Source: Octopus bimaculoides | Lineage: Eukaryota | Assembly: GCF_001194135.2 (NCBI RefSeq) | Contig: NC_068986.1 | Coordinates: 83,179,674 to 83,243,673 of the forward strand | DNA: 64,000 nt | Direction: 5' to 3' | Shown: piece by piece, positions 1-12,899 of the stretch | Numbering within the stretch: the first letter of the stretch is position 1 | Layout: each line of letters opens with the position of its first letter | Made by a program: the position numbers and the translations under genes | Notes under the pieces: model-generated | Databases searched by the model: none | Seen by the model: only the letters and a program-made list of their open reading frames with translations | Told to the model about the DNA's origin: nothing

Positions 1-24
1 GATATATATATATATATATATATA

Positions 25-706
25 NNNNNNNNNNNNNNNNNNNNNNNNNNNNNNNNNNNNNNNNNNNNNNNNNNNNNNNNNNNNNNNNNNNNNNNNNNNN
101 NNNNNNNNNNNNNNNNNNNNNNNNNNNNNNNNNNNNNNNNNNNNNNNNNNNNNNNNNNNNNNNNNNNNNNNNNNNNNNNNNNNNNNNNNNNNNNNNNNNN
201 NNNNNNNNNNNNNNNNNNNNNNNNNNNNNNNNNNNNNNNNNNNNNNNNNNNNNNNNNNNNNNNNNNNNNNNNNNNNNNNNNNNNNNNNNNNNNNNNNNNN
301 NNNNNNNNNNNNNNNNNNNNNNNNNNNNNNNNNNNNNNNNNNNNNNNNNNNNNNNNNNNNNNNNNNNNNNNNNNNNNNNNNNNNNNNNNNNNNNNNNNNN
401 NNNNNNNNNNNNNNNNNNNNNNNNNNNNNNNNNNNNNNNNNNNNNNNNNNNNNNNNNNNNNNNNNNNNNNNNNNNNNNNNNNNNNNNNNNNNNNNNNNNN
501 NNNNNNNNNNNNNNNNNNNNNNNNNNNNNNNNNNNNNNNNNNNNNNNNNNNNNNNNNNNNNNNNNNNNNNNNNNNNNNNNNNNNNNNNNNNNNNNNNNNN
601 NNNNNNNNNNNNNNNNNNNNNNNNNNNNNNNNNNNNNNNNNNNNNNNNNNNNNNNNNNNNNNNNNNNNNNNNNNNNNNNNNNNNNNNNNNNNNNNNNNNN
701 NNNNNN
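25..706. other. Assembly gap (others at 5200-5409 and 22859-22871)
   Basis: N runs adjacent to (TA)n or poly-C. Confidence 1.
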
Positions 707-1486
707 ATGTCTTTTCACGTGCCACTGGCACAAGTGCCAGGAAGGTGACGTTGGTAACGTTCACGCTCAAATGGTGCTATTTACATGCCACTGGCATGGA
801 AGCCAGACAGCTGGTGCTCTGGCAATGATCACGCTCAGACGGTGCTCTTAGTGCTCCACTGGTACGGGTGCCATCACGATTTCGCTTTCGCTTGCCCCAA
901 CAGGTCTTCGCAAGCTGAGTTTAGTGTTCAATGAAAGAGACGCTGGCATGCGTGCCAGTCTACAAATTTAGTTCGATTTCGATTTCACTTGCCTCAACAG
1001 GTCTTCACAAGCAGAGTTTAGTGTCCAATGTTACGCGTAAGTGGGCTGGTTACATCCCTGGTAAAAGCCTTGGATTTTGGTCTGACTTGGCTTGTCGGGT
1101 CTTCTCACGCACAGCATATTTCCAAAGCTCTCGGTCACAAGTCATTGCCTCGGTGAGGCCTAATGTTCGGAGGTCATGCTTCACCACCTCATCCCAGGTC
1201 TTCCTGGGCCTGCCTCTTCCACGGATTCCCTCAACCGCTAGGGTGTGGAATTTTTCACACAGCTATCCTCATCCATTCTCGCCACATGTCCATGCCAGCG
1301 CAATCGTCTCTCTTGCACACCACAACTGATGCTTCTCAGGTTCAACTTTTCTCTCAAGATACTTAGAGGACTATGATAAATAGGAGGGGGCTGAGGACAG
1401 AACCTTGATGGACCCCTACCTCTACCCGAAATTCTTCACTGTACTCTTTTCCAACCTTCACCTTACTGACAGCGTCTCTGTACATG
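707..1486 (-). mobile_element. RTE-type LINE 3' fragment with internal deletion and duplicated 3' UTR units
   Basis: The minus strand translates to VGVHQGSVLSPLLFII and ERRLRWHGHVARMDED...GRGRPRKTWDEVVKHDL. Confidence 0.85.
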
Positions 1487-1680
1487 AATGAATGGATGGA
1501 TGGATGGATGGATAGATAAATGGAAAAATTCAGTGAAATCCATGTAAGTAGAGTCCTTATATCCAGTGGTAATCTGGGTGGAGTGCTGGTATGTAGATGA
1601 AAGGTGCAGAAAGTTCAGGAAGTAGTTGAGATATGCAAGGCCAAAGAATGGGATGTTAAAGCAGAATACCTGCTAGTTAT

Positions 1681-1912
1681 TCATACACCTGTCTTTGTCT
1701 TTTGTTTTCTATAAAGTTCATAAATATATATATGTGTATGTGTATATGGATGTAGTAATTCGTGTAAAAGTGTATGTGTGTGTGTGTGTGTGTGTATATA
1801 TGTATTTGTATATATGTGTGCATATGTATATATACATATAAATATATATAATAATATAAATGATATATATATGCATATATACATACATATATGTACATAC
1901 TTACATCTATAC

Positions 1913-1965
<53 letters not shown>
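1681..1965. repeat. (TA)n/(TG)n microsatellite tract, one of many (also about 16660-16740, 18790-18890, 42710-42750, 61540-61610)
   Basis: Direct reading. These tracts explain the YIYI/CVCV ORFs in the track. Confidence 0.95.
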
Positions 1966-2716
1966 TATGTGGGTACAGGATGTCACAAACATGTGCAACA
2001 AAAAAATGCGAAGTACGTATACATGCAATATGAACTATTTTTTCGAACAACGAAAGACACAAATGGAAAACAAGACAAACAACACAAAAAATGACCTTTC
2101 ATCAGTTGTTGGCTGTTTTTCTACTCTCATATTTCGAGCACTTAACAACAATATACGCTTTCGATAAAACACTTGCTCCCACAGAGCAAATTAAATAAAA
2201 TTTGGGATTTTGCAGAGAGTTGAAATTGGTAACACAAACAGGACAATGAAAACAAACAGGAAGGGCTGCTAAGCCTAAACGAGGTTGTGAATGTGTAAAT
2301 CAAGCTTGGACAGAAGACAGACAAGAACATGTCTTCCTTGATCCAGCTACAGTGGAGTAGGAGAAGAAAGAAGATGGCCGATGGTAACGTGGGAGCCACG
2401 TGAGCAAGGGAGGAAAAATGAGGGAGAGAGAGTGACAGACAGAGAACTGTGAAGGGGAGAGGAAAAAATTGGAGATAGGATAAGTGAGAAAAAACAGGAG
2501 GGGAGAAGGGGTGGTAGAAGAAAAAATGAAAGAGTAATAGGATAGAATAATGGGAGAAGAGGAGGTAAAAGTATAAGAGAGAGAAAGGGAGAAAAACGAA
2601 AGAGTAAAAAGATAGTAGAGTGCGCATCAGAATTATTAAGATAAAACTTACTTGGAAGAGAATGTGTGACATTCAATCATATAATAATATAAATAATATA
2701 TATATATATATATATA

Positions 2717-3380
2717 TAGCAATAAGAGAATGGAGGGGAATATGAGGTACTCATCAACTTGCAGACACTACTCTGTTGATTAATCCGTTTATTTTACAAC
2801 CAGAAGGACAATAAAGACAATATACAGACACTTATGACATACTATGTCATATCAACAATTAAAATTACAAATTTAAAAGCACATCTAGCAACCAAAGAAG
2901 GGACAAAATCTGTCCTCCTCATATATAGTTACAATGACTCTTGACTCTTTTGGTATGCATGTACGACCATCTCCATACGTGCATCTGAACAATCATATGG
3001 GTATTCATATGTTTATGTTTTTGTATTCATGGGTATCTGTATGTGGTAATGTATACATGCATATACATGTATATATGAATTTTTATGACTCTTTATATGT
3101 TTTTTTATATACTTTTTGTCTGTCTTTTTTTATATGCTTTTATATTTTTATATTTCTATTTTTATATTTGTATTTGAATTTTGCAAAATTCATGAATTGA
3201 ATTTTGTAAATCTCTGAAGAGGCCTAGTGAATCATGCATGTACCCCATTGCACCCTTTTCATCTACCAATCACTCTAGCGTACTGGAGCTATATAGATAG
3301 AATGGGGCATGCCAACGCTAGGCCGAAACAGCTGTAAGATTTTGTCCCTTTGTCCCAGCTGTAAGATTTTGTCCCTATGA
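2717..3380. mobile_element. Probable Penelope-like element terminal (pLTR-like) remnant carrying the hammerhead
   Basis: Hammerhead with palindromic stem III, a 14-bp inverted copy of its 3' flank at 2898-2911, and a short tandem duplication of the cleavage region. No ORF. Confidence 0.45.
3208..3342 (+). ncRNA. Type I hammerhead ribozyme with extended stem II
   Basis: Stem I AAATCT (3208-3213) / AGATTT (3337-3342), core CTGAAGA (3214-3220), stem II GGCCTAGTG / CGCTAGGCC, GAAA (3325-3328), palindromic stem III ACAGCTGT, GUA cleavage triplet with the cut after 3336. Confidence 0.8.
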
Positions 3381-6300
3381 CGTATACATATATGCAGAAA
3401 ATTGTCAAATATTACTTAATTGCAATACTATAAGAACTTTTCTAGCACAAATATATGTACATGTATACATACATATATACATACATACATACATGTATGC
3501 ACATGCATGCATGTATGTACACACACACACATACATATATGCTGCAACTGCAATGTTGATCAAGATAATTTAATTCAATAAACAGTTTATTGTTTATAGT
3601 TAACTTGATACATATAAACAAGCATAATAGTAAAATGTACTGAAAATTCTAATCCTGTCAAGAGCTGTTTTACTGTTGATTATATTTCATGATTTTAAGT
3701 GCAAGTTTAAAGAGATATTTTCTGTGTGGAGTAATTATATGTATGTGTATTGAAAATGAATGTATTAATTTTCCTGTGCTAAGAGGAGTAAAAAATATTA
3801 AGTTTGGTGCTGTAATTTTGTCTTTATCAAAAGGAAGAATAGTTAATATGTATGAAGTTAACAAACATACAGAGTGAAAAATCCACAAATAATTGACTCT
3901 GTCTTTGTGTTCATTAAATGATTGTTAAAGGCACATTTTATTTATGTCACCCAATATATGTCAAACATATTATGTACAATCTCTAGGCTTAGAATTTAAT
4001 GAAGAGTAGCAGAAGAAGTGTGAATTTGCATTTGATCATAAATATTAAACTGTCTCTATGGCAAATAACAAGACCGACTTAAAGTACCTAGTAAATAAGG
4101 TACAAAAATAAATTACTTTTGGAAATGTACCAAATTGATCAGAAACTGAATGTAATTCTTCAATAGAACTCAAGCTTTTTAATTCTTTTTCTCAAGAAAA
4201 AAAGCATTGCTTTGAGAGCATTTCTGTCACTGTCTTGTATGAATGTCAAGGAAATAGTAGTCAGTCCCATTCACTTTTGAAAATAACTGTTGAAATTAGG
4301 AGTAATTATCATGATTAGTATAATTATTAATCTACTTCAGTAAAATCAAGTTTTCAAGCTGAAACAGTTTCAGATTTGTAGGTTTCATATTTATGAGTAG
4401 AAGATGGATTCTAAAGCTTAAATAATTATGTCTTTGTTGCAACACATGAATTTTTTGACTTATTCAATCATTTTTACTTCGTTGAATGATGGAAGTTCCC
4501 AGTAACATAAAATAAAATTTAGGAGCACTTAAGGCTTTGAGTTTCTGAGTCAAAAATCCATCAAAACCCAAACTTTTTTAATGAACCTTACGAAAAGTTT
4601 AGTTACTAACATGCACACATAAGTGAAGAAAATTCATTAGTAGTTCTTTAAAAATAGAACATTTACAAAGCTAAAAATGTTAATCAGATTTTAAGTGTTC
4701 TATTTCACAATTATCAAATATTAATTAATTGCAATACTGTAAGAACTTTTCTAGAGCAAATATTAAAGTTTATAAGTATTTATTGAACAGAATATGGTAT
4801 CAAATTGCAAAATGCCAACAGTTTTCATTATTATAGATTTAATATTCCATATTACCTAACTAAATGATTAAATTAGGCCACAAGTTGAATACTTTTTTAA
4901 AGCTTCTCATTTTTACATTTTGCATACTTGCAATAAATTTTCAAATTTACTCAATGAGATTTTGCAGAAGTGATAAGTGTTAGACATACTGAGCATGTTT
5001 TATAACTTGATGCCCAGAAAATAAACTGGATGTCAATTTGACATTGGACTCCTTTTTGATATTTCAAAAATATCAGACATGGTTGTAGGGAAGTTCACTT
5101 CAAAATCATGTTGTTTCGCATTCAGTTTTATTGCATAGCACTTTGATTAAGGGCAACTAATGCTTTACAATATATATATGTATATATATATATATATATN
5201 NNNNNNNNNNNNNNNNNNNNNNNNNNNNNNNNNNNNNNNNNNNNNNNNNNNNNNNNNNNNNNNNNNNNNNNNNNNNNNNNNNNNNNNNNNNNNNNNNNNN
5301 NNNNNNNNNNNNNNNNNNNNNNNNNNNNNNNNNNNNNNNNNNNNNNNNNNNNNNNNNNNNNNNNNNNNNNNNNNNNNNNNNNNNNNNNNNNNNNNNNNNN
5401 NNNNNNNNNTATATATATATATATATATATATATATGTAGGAAGATAATAAGAAAACTGATTTGGAGGTGAAAATACACATGGGTCTGAAAATGAAATGT
5501 GGTTTTAAAGAAATATTTTAATCTAATAAAATGCCATTTCAGTTTCAATAATTTATTTTATTTTTCAATGGTAAATAAAACTGAGATGAAGATCTAAAGG
5601 AAAGAGAAAAAGTTTCAAAGGATAAAATTTGCTCAAAATTAAATGCTCTAAAGATTTCATAGTAATAAATTAGACATGGAGACTTTAATGTACAAGAAAC
5701 AATTTTTTCACAAGTTCTGTCATATTATATGAAGGTGAATTGTTTGTTATTTGCTTTATTTGTTCAAACATGGAACTTGAACTATTTTTCAAGTTCCATG
5801 TTATTGCTTTGTATATATTGCTACTAAGACAGGTTTAAATCCCAATTGGCTACTTACTCAAAGGCATCACTTGTTTTTGTCTGCCTGTGACCTAGCATTC
5901 TGGTGGGTTGACTATTTGGGCAAGTCATTTGTTTATCATATGTTCTGGTCACATTATTGTTAGTCCAGTATTCTAGTTGGTTTACTGCCTGGTGATGTCA
6001 TTTGATTATCAACTTGTTTTTGTACAATAGTAGTCCAGCACTCTGGTTGGTTGTCTGTAGATGTCATTTGTTTACTAAATGTCCTGGTTTCTTGTTAAGG
6101 GTTGACAACAGGAAGAGCATTCATTCATTCATTCATTCAAGTGTATAATCCTGCATCAATTAACTTCCTGTCTAACCCAGTGTTTTCAACCATGGTCTTG
6201 GATTGAACAATAAACTTGCAAGCAAAAATTTGTTGCATGTGTGTGTATGTGTGTATACACTTACACACTTTCACTGATATATTTTAGTAAAGGATATATA

Positions 6301-7466
6301 TTTGTCTAGTAACTTAAATATCAATGTTTTATGAACAATGTCAATAAGACATTTTTCTGTATCAAGTTAGACATTCTTTTATTATTCTTGTCATCAAAAA
6401 TGCAAACCATTGATCCATTATGAACCTCTAACTAACAAAGCTATTGTTTACATACTTTGACATACAATAAATTATTAATAAACAAATGAAGCACAGAGCA
6501 CTAAACATGACTGCCCACAAATTTTTAATTCAGACAAAAAAAAGTATGAATGAATAGAAATTTTGAGAATTAACAACATATATTTGAATCAATAATCATG
6601 TAATTTTTTTTTTTTAATTTCCTGTTAATTTGAATGGTAAATAAATAAAGACCTTGAGAAGTGAACATATAACAAACCAGCTGACAAAATTAAGAGTTGG
6701 CTTAATGTGTCTATTTTGATAAGACAATCAAAAGATGCAGATAAAGGAAACCTTTATAACAGAGCAGCTGTACAGGGTGGAAGCAAGACGGATGTGTGTG
6801 GATGGTATTTTTGAAAAATTGTAATTTTAAACAGAAAATGTAAAATGAAATATGAATGGTGCATCTGTTTTGTTTGTTGCTATTCATAGACTTGCAGAAC
6901 AGCTTCTGTTTTACTCTTAACCATCATTTATCTACATCTTGTTATTTTTCTAAAAATTGCTTCTACTCCTTATTCATGGAACCTTTCTCAAAGAACATTA
7001 TTTTCTCAAGTCTTTTGCTTGAACCAATAAACATCTCCCATATCAGTTGCTTTGTTTAAACAACCAAATTGAGGGATGCACAAGGTTGATACAATAAATG
7101 CAAGTTATTATGAAATCCTTTTTCTTCTTAGAAATCTTTTTTTTTCACTACTCATTTAACAAGCAGAAATACATGATTTCATACATTTACCACAAACCCA
7201 AACAATTTTTTAAATATTACCTGGTTTATCACAGGCATGACAATTTACGACATCTTTATTCCTTAGTGTACTATCTTTAATTTCCAACAATTTTATTTCT
7301 CTCACAAGATTATAGGCAGTAAGTTTCTACCTTACTAAAGTTACTCTATCTCACTAAACATTTAAAATGTTACACATCAAACAGCTGTTATATAATTCAA
7401 CAACTGCAATAAACCTTCATATTATCTATACCCACCTATTGCAAGCTGTCTTTTTGTTTCTAAGTA

Positions 7467-9385
7467 CAGTGGTACCTTGTCTTATGAGTGTCCCAACTAA
7501 TGAGTTTTTCGAGATATGAGCCATCTCACAGCCTATTTTTTTGTTTTGCAATGTGAGCTAAAATTCAGGTTATGAGCCAGGTTCAGATACCCTGCCGCTA
7601 GTTGGCATAGTGAATGCCACAATGAATGTCGTAACATCCACCCAGCATCCCGTGTCTCACTCGATAGCTAGACAGATATACACATTAGCAAGTGCAAAGA
7701 CCACTAGTAGATTGATAGATAGACAGACATGCACATTAGCAAGTGTGAAGATCCTCAGTGGGTCATTAGCTAGACCAGTGTTAAAATGCTTACTTAATCG
7801 TTGCAGGCTACAGAAGTATCAGTGTTGTGCTTGCAATTGTGCTTGTAGTTATTTTGCAAAACTTCCGAAGAAAGTGTGAAGGACAGTGCTGAGAAGAAGC
7901 GGATGATGTGCATTGAATTAAAGAAAGAAATCACCGAAAAACATGACCAAGGTGTGCATGTAGTCAACACTCATACTGCTTCACAGTACGAGTGTAGCAC
8001 TTCTATGATCTGCACCATACTGAAGCAGGAGTTGATAAAGGCTATAACACCAGCCAAGGGCATTAAAATAATTTCTAAACAGTAGACATCTATCTATGAA
8101 AATATGGAGAAGCTGCTGATGATGTGGTTGATGGAGAAGCAGCTTGCAGGAGATACCATAATGGAGGTTATAATCTGCGAGAATGCATGAGCAATTTATA
8201 CTGATTTGCTGCAGTGGACTCCAGAAACTTATACAGACGAGGCATTGGGCAAGCTGTTTAAAGCTAGTTGGGGCAGGTTTAAGAATTTTAAAAAGAAGAC
8301 CAGTTGGGCGGTGAGAGCACATATGAAAGCAGCTGAGGATCACCTCAAAACTTTTGCCAGAATTATAGCAGCTGAAGGATACATCCCCGCTTCAACTGTG
8401 ATGAGACAGGGCTTTTTTGAAAGAAGATGCCATGGAGGACTTATATAACGGCAAAGGAGAAGAGGGTTCCAGACCACAAACCCATGAAAGATAGGCTGAC
8501 CCTTGCACTGTATGCCAGTTCGAGCAGTGACTGCAAGACTAAGCCTTTAAGTCACATAAAATTCTGAAAGAAAAACTACAGGTCATGTGGTGGGCAAATC
8601 CAAGGGTGTGAGTCACCAGGTAGTTCTCTGTGGAGTGGGTAAATTTGGTCTTTGGTCCTGAGGTTAAGAAATATCTCCAGGAAAATAACCTACCCCTACA
8701 AGCCCTTCTCATTCTGGACAATGCACCTGCTCGCCCACCTAACCTTGAAGATGACATCCTTGAAGGGTTCAAGTTTATAAAGGTTCTCTACTTTCCACCC
8801 AACACTACCCCTCTCCTGTAGCCCATTGACCAACAGAAGATTTCTGATTTCAAGCTCTTCACAAGCACCTGTTCCACTGCTGCTTTGAGGTGACAGAGAG
8901 TACAAACCTCACCCTTTGAGAGTTCTGGAAGAACCACTATAATATCATGATATGCCTCAGAATTATTGATATGGCCTGGCAGGGTGTTACAAAAAGGGGT
9001 TTGACCTCTGCATGGAAGAAACTGTGGCCTGAGGTTGTGTCTGAAACAGACTTTGAAACACTTGAACCTGAAGCGAAAGTGGTGAAGGAGATTGTATCCC
9101 TCGGTAAGTCCATGGGCCTGGATGTGGATGAAGATGACATCAATGAGCTCATCAAGGAGCACTCCAAGGAACTGACAATGGAAGAGCTAAAGGAGCTACA
9201 GACGCAGCAGCACACAGAGGTTTTGCAGGAAATAGGTGACGTGGAGGAGATGAAGGTCATCTCTACAAGTGAGATAAAGGAAATGTTAGGAATGTGAGAG
9301 AAACTTTCAGACTTTATTCAAAAGAAACACCCAGAAAAGTTGCAACTGGGTGAGTGATAGTGCTATTTAATGACACTTGAGAACA
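7467..9385 (+). mobile_element. Degenerate pogo/Tigger-like DNA transposon (CENP-B HTH plus DDE), right end missing
   Basis: TA|CAGTGGTACCT terminus. Fragments KRMMCIELKKEI, EKLLMMWLMEKQLAGD, LLILDNAPARPP and YFPPNTTPLL with stops and frameshifts. Confidence 0.85.
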
Positions 9386-9389
9386 GCTG

Positions 9390-9760
9390 CTTTTGGGGAC
9401 TCTTGTATAGTGATGATTTAATTGTATGGAATTGTGAAGCACCCAGCAAGTGCTAATCACATTTTCCAACAATTGGATAGTTATCATAGCTGAGTTGATC
9501 AAAGATATAGAGAGGAAATTCTGAACTTGGAAACAAAATTTGAAATTGAGAGTCAAAAAGTAAACCTAACAATGACTAAAGTTTTAGAAGTGGCTGAAAT
9601 TCATAAGCAGAAAATTAGAGAGGAATTCCACAGAGTGTACCCAGCAAAAAACTATCGATACACAAGGTATAGTGAGATCACAAGCAAGCTGACAGAGGAA
9701 GTAAAATACATGTACAGCAGACACACAAAAGTAGTTAACAGTAAGACCACACATGAAATA
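9390..9760 (+). mobile_element. RTE-type LINE reverse transcriptase fragment
   Basis: LLYSDDL (YADD-like) followed by degenerate ERKF-TWKQ and VNLTMTKVL. Confidence 0.65.
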
Positions 9761-9860
9761 AATTACTTTAAATGCTCAGAGGGCTCTGAAAATAATGACA
9801 TACAAGTTTTGCTTAAGGCCAACAGAACTATTCTATCATGTGCACATTTACCATTTAGCT

Positions 9861-10278
9861 TTTACTTGATTCAGTCACTGGACTGCAGCCATGCTGGGGC
9901 ACTGCCTTAAAGAGTTTAGTCAAGTAAATTGACCCTAGGACTTAATTTTTAAAGTGTGGTACTTTTTCTATCGGTCCCTTTTGCTGAACTACTAAGTTAA
10001 GGGGACATAAATGAACCAGCACTGGTAGTGAAATGATGGTGGGAGACAAACACAAATACAAAGATATTACACATACAGACGTATATGTATGTGTGTGCAT
10101 GTGTGTGTGTGTGTGTACACACACATGATGGGCTTTTTTCAACTTCTATCTAACAGATCTACTCACAATGCTTTGGTCAGCCCAGGGCTATAGTAGAAGA
10201 CCCATGCTCAAAGTGTTGTGCAGTGGGACTAAACTCAAGATCACATGTTTGGGAAGCAAACTTCTTAACCACACAGCC
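9861..10278 (-). mobile_element. tRNA-derived SINE (octopus-type family with central AC/TG microsatellite)
   Basis: Minus strand begins GGCTGTGTGGTTAAGAAGTTTGCTTCCC with A/B-box-like head. The same family recurs at about 17357-17495, 25130-25322, 26840-27212 (minus) and 47325-47680 (plus). Confidence 0.75.
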
Positions 10279-11179
10279 AAATCATCTTGAAGTATTTATA
10301 TAAAATCATATTTGCCTTGAGTATTTTTAGTTTAATTCTGTAAGATAAAATACTATAGGGAACAGATAACCATGTTTAAGAAAAAAATCTAATTAATTAA
10401 ATATATTGAAAGGAATTTTCAGCATTTAAACAAAGTATGCAAAGCAGTTCATAATTCTATGATTGAGGTAGCTTCTCAATAACTAATGAAAAATTGTGTT
10501 AGAAATTCAGAATGGCAACTTAACTCCAATTTAAAAGTCTAAAATAAAAAGTTGAGAAAGGTTACACAACACATGTATCTGATAGAAAAACCTTTAGTTA
10601 TCTAAGCCATATTTTTGAAATCACCCACCTATGTTGGACAATATTTTCTTCATTTGGGAGGTACTTAGCATTTACAACTATCTGTGCATCTCATTTCCAG
10701 GTAAAAATAAAATCTATCTGGCTTGAGTGTGTTTCATGATTAATAGATGATCAGGTAGCTGGCTGACTGGTTTCCTGACATTCATATCATAAAATTTATT
10801 TGAAAGTTAATAATTAAATAGGAGACAAAAGAAAAAACTGCACAGATGCATTTATTACCTCTCTTCTTACTATCCCCTTTGTTCCCTGGACCTATATAGA
10901 ATTTTCCACTACCCACCATGGAGCCTTACTATCCACTTTAAGAATCAGGTCAGAAATGGGGGCATATGCCATTGTAGCATGTTGCTGCATACACCATTTG
11001 TCCCAGGCAATCCTCTGAGCAGTGTTCCAGTCATTCCTCACCTGTGTAAGATATTTCCTCATCTGCCATGGCTATGTGGCAAGCCATGGGTTGTCACCTC
11101 AGCCAGATCCTCAGAGAACAGAACACAATACGCAGGATCTAACTTCAAAAATAAAATAACATGACCAAACAGTCTGAGC

Positions 11180-12865
11180 TGACACTCCTAAATCATGCAA
11201 GTAACAGGAAATACCCCAGTTTCTGAGTATAACCATTAGTTGGATACAAAATCTGACCAATGGTAACCCGTAATCCCCCAAAACATTCTAGTACTAAAGG
11301 AGTTCAGGTGGCTCACAAGGGCTCTGGATGGTGTCCAACTCTTGCAACTGTAGAACAAGATAGGGAGGACCAGAGACTTGAAGATCTGAACCTTTGTCTT
11401 CCTGCACAGATATTAGCAGCACAAAACACTCTTGTCCAGTGAGTCCACAACTGTATCAGGACATCCAAGTCTTTCTAAGACTTCAAACTCATAGCTGTGG
11501 GTCACACTGCCAAGATAAGTGAAGTGGTCAGCATCCTCACCTACAACAGATGCAGATGAGATAGAGTCCCCCAGGAAGCCAATGAAACACTGGATTTTTG
11601 TCTTGACCCAAGACACTCTAAAGCCAAGTGGTTTTGCCATCTCACTTAGTGAAAGAAGAGTGCTGCTTAAGACATCCAGAGACTCAGCAAGAATAACTGC
11701 ATCATCAGCAAAATCCAGATTAGTAATCCTAGTTTTGCTAATGTGTGTGCCACAACTCAATCAAGTCATCATTTGGTCAAGTATACAGTTTGTGCAGACA
11801 TTGAACAGAGTAGGAGCCAAAACACAACCTTGACAGACCCCAGAGCCAACTGAGAAAAAGTCATTAAGCATTATGATTTCACTGTAGGCAATACATGAGC
11901 CAGAAGTGTGAAGTTGCCTCTGAACCTCCTCACAAATTCCTTGAATATACTTTCCTTTGTCAGACCTCAGTGCTCTGACTACCCCACATCTCAGCCTCCA
12001 AAGCATATCAGCAGGGGGCCCACACAGTCTCACCCTGTGGCTGCATACCATTGATGTGAGGGTCTCCCTGGAAAGGAAACCAATACATTCACTAGCAGTT
12101 GACAGTAGGTTGTCCTTGTAAGTTTCTCACATTCTCACAGGCATAACTAAGGGACCAGCCCTAAGTAGCACAGACCCAAGCTAGTGTGAAAAGTCTTGCT
12201 TACACTGTTGTCTTTGAGTCTGTTGACCTATAATCTGGGATCTGCTGCCTTCAGCCTTTCAGACTTCGGTCATAATCTCAACTCAGTCACCACAAATTTA
12301 TGACCAGTGCCCACAAAGCTAACACTCTGAAAAACCCTGCAGTTCTGTAGGACTTTCCAATGGTCATCCACAAGCTTGTGACTGATCTCCTTTGCCACAT
12401 GACCAGTATTAGAAGACCAAGTTCAGCAATGCAGCTCAGGATATTCATACCAGGAACCAGCAATGTGAACTCTGTGGCTTGTGGCAAAGTCCAGGAGCAT
12501 CACACTATTTTCATTTCTAGTACTGGACTCAAAAGGGCTGGTGACACTCTCATATCCCATTCTGTCAATGCCAGTAGATGTGGTGAAATCTCCCATGACG
12601 AAAGATGCGTTTCTGTTGGAAATACTCCCAATGACAGAGCATAGTCAGGCATAGAATGCCTCACTCATCGACCTGTCACTCACAGCATACACTGCAACAA
12701 AGGAAATGATACCCCGAGAAAGTGGGATCCTCAGCGACATAATATGCCCTTTGACAGGTGTTACATCTGATATCATTGGAACCAGTCAGTTGGCTACTGC
12801 AACTGCTATCTTCCTGACATATCCGTCAGCAGAGCACCCAGACCAATAGTTTCAGAATCACTGAT
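11180..12865 (-). mobile_element. Degenerate LINE (RT domain)
   Basis: ORF track shows GVCQGCVLAPTLFN and NLDFADDAVILAES...LGFRVSWVKTKIQ...FTYLGS. Confidence 0.8.
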
Positions 12866-12899
12866 CTGAAGTAAGAGCTACTGTAGCTTGCATAGTTAT

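Noticed and set aside
1677-2167. Long ORFs rich in YIYI/CVCV/HTHT (also near 5128-5548, 16527-16877, 18339-18890, 55094-55438)
   Set aside because: These are translations of (TA)n/(TG)n microsatellites or N gaps, not genes.
2142-2676. 176-aa and 109-aa hydrophobic ORFs resembling membrane proteins (similarly 63479-64000)
   Set aside because: They arise from purine/pyrimidine-skewed low-complexity tracts, with no splice structure or recognisable domain.
4100-7320. Minus-strand peptide-like frames (LFSKVNGTDYYFLDIHTRQ near 4230-4286; VREIKLLEIKDSTLRNKDVVNCHACDKP near 7222-7315)
   Set aside because: Short, not recognisable as any protein family, and lacking a complete acceptor/donor pair in consistent phase.
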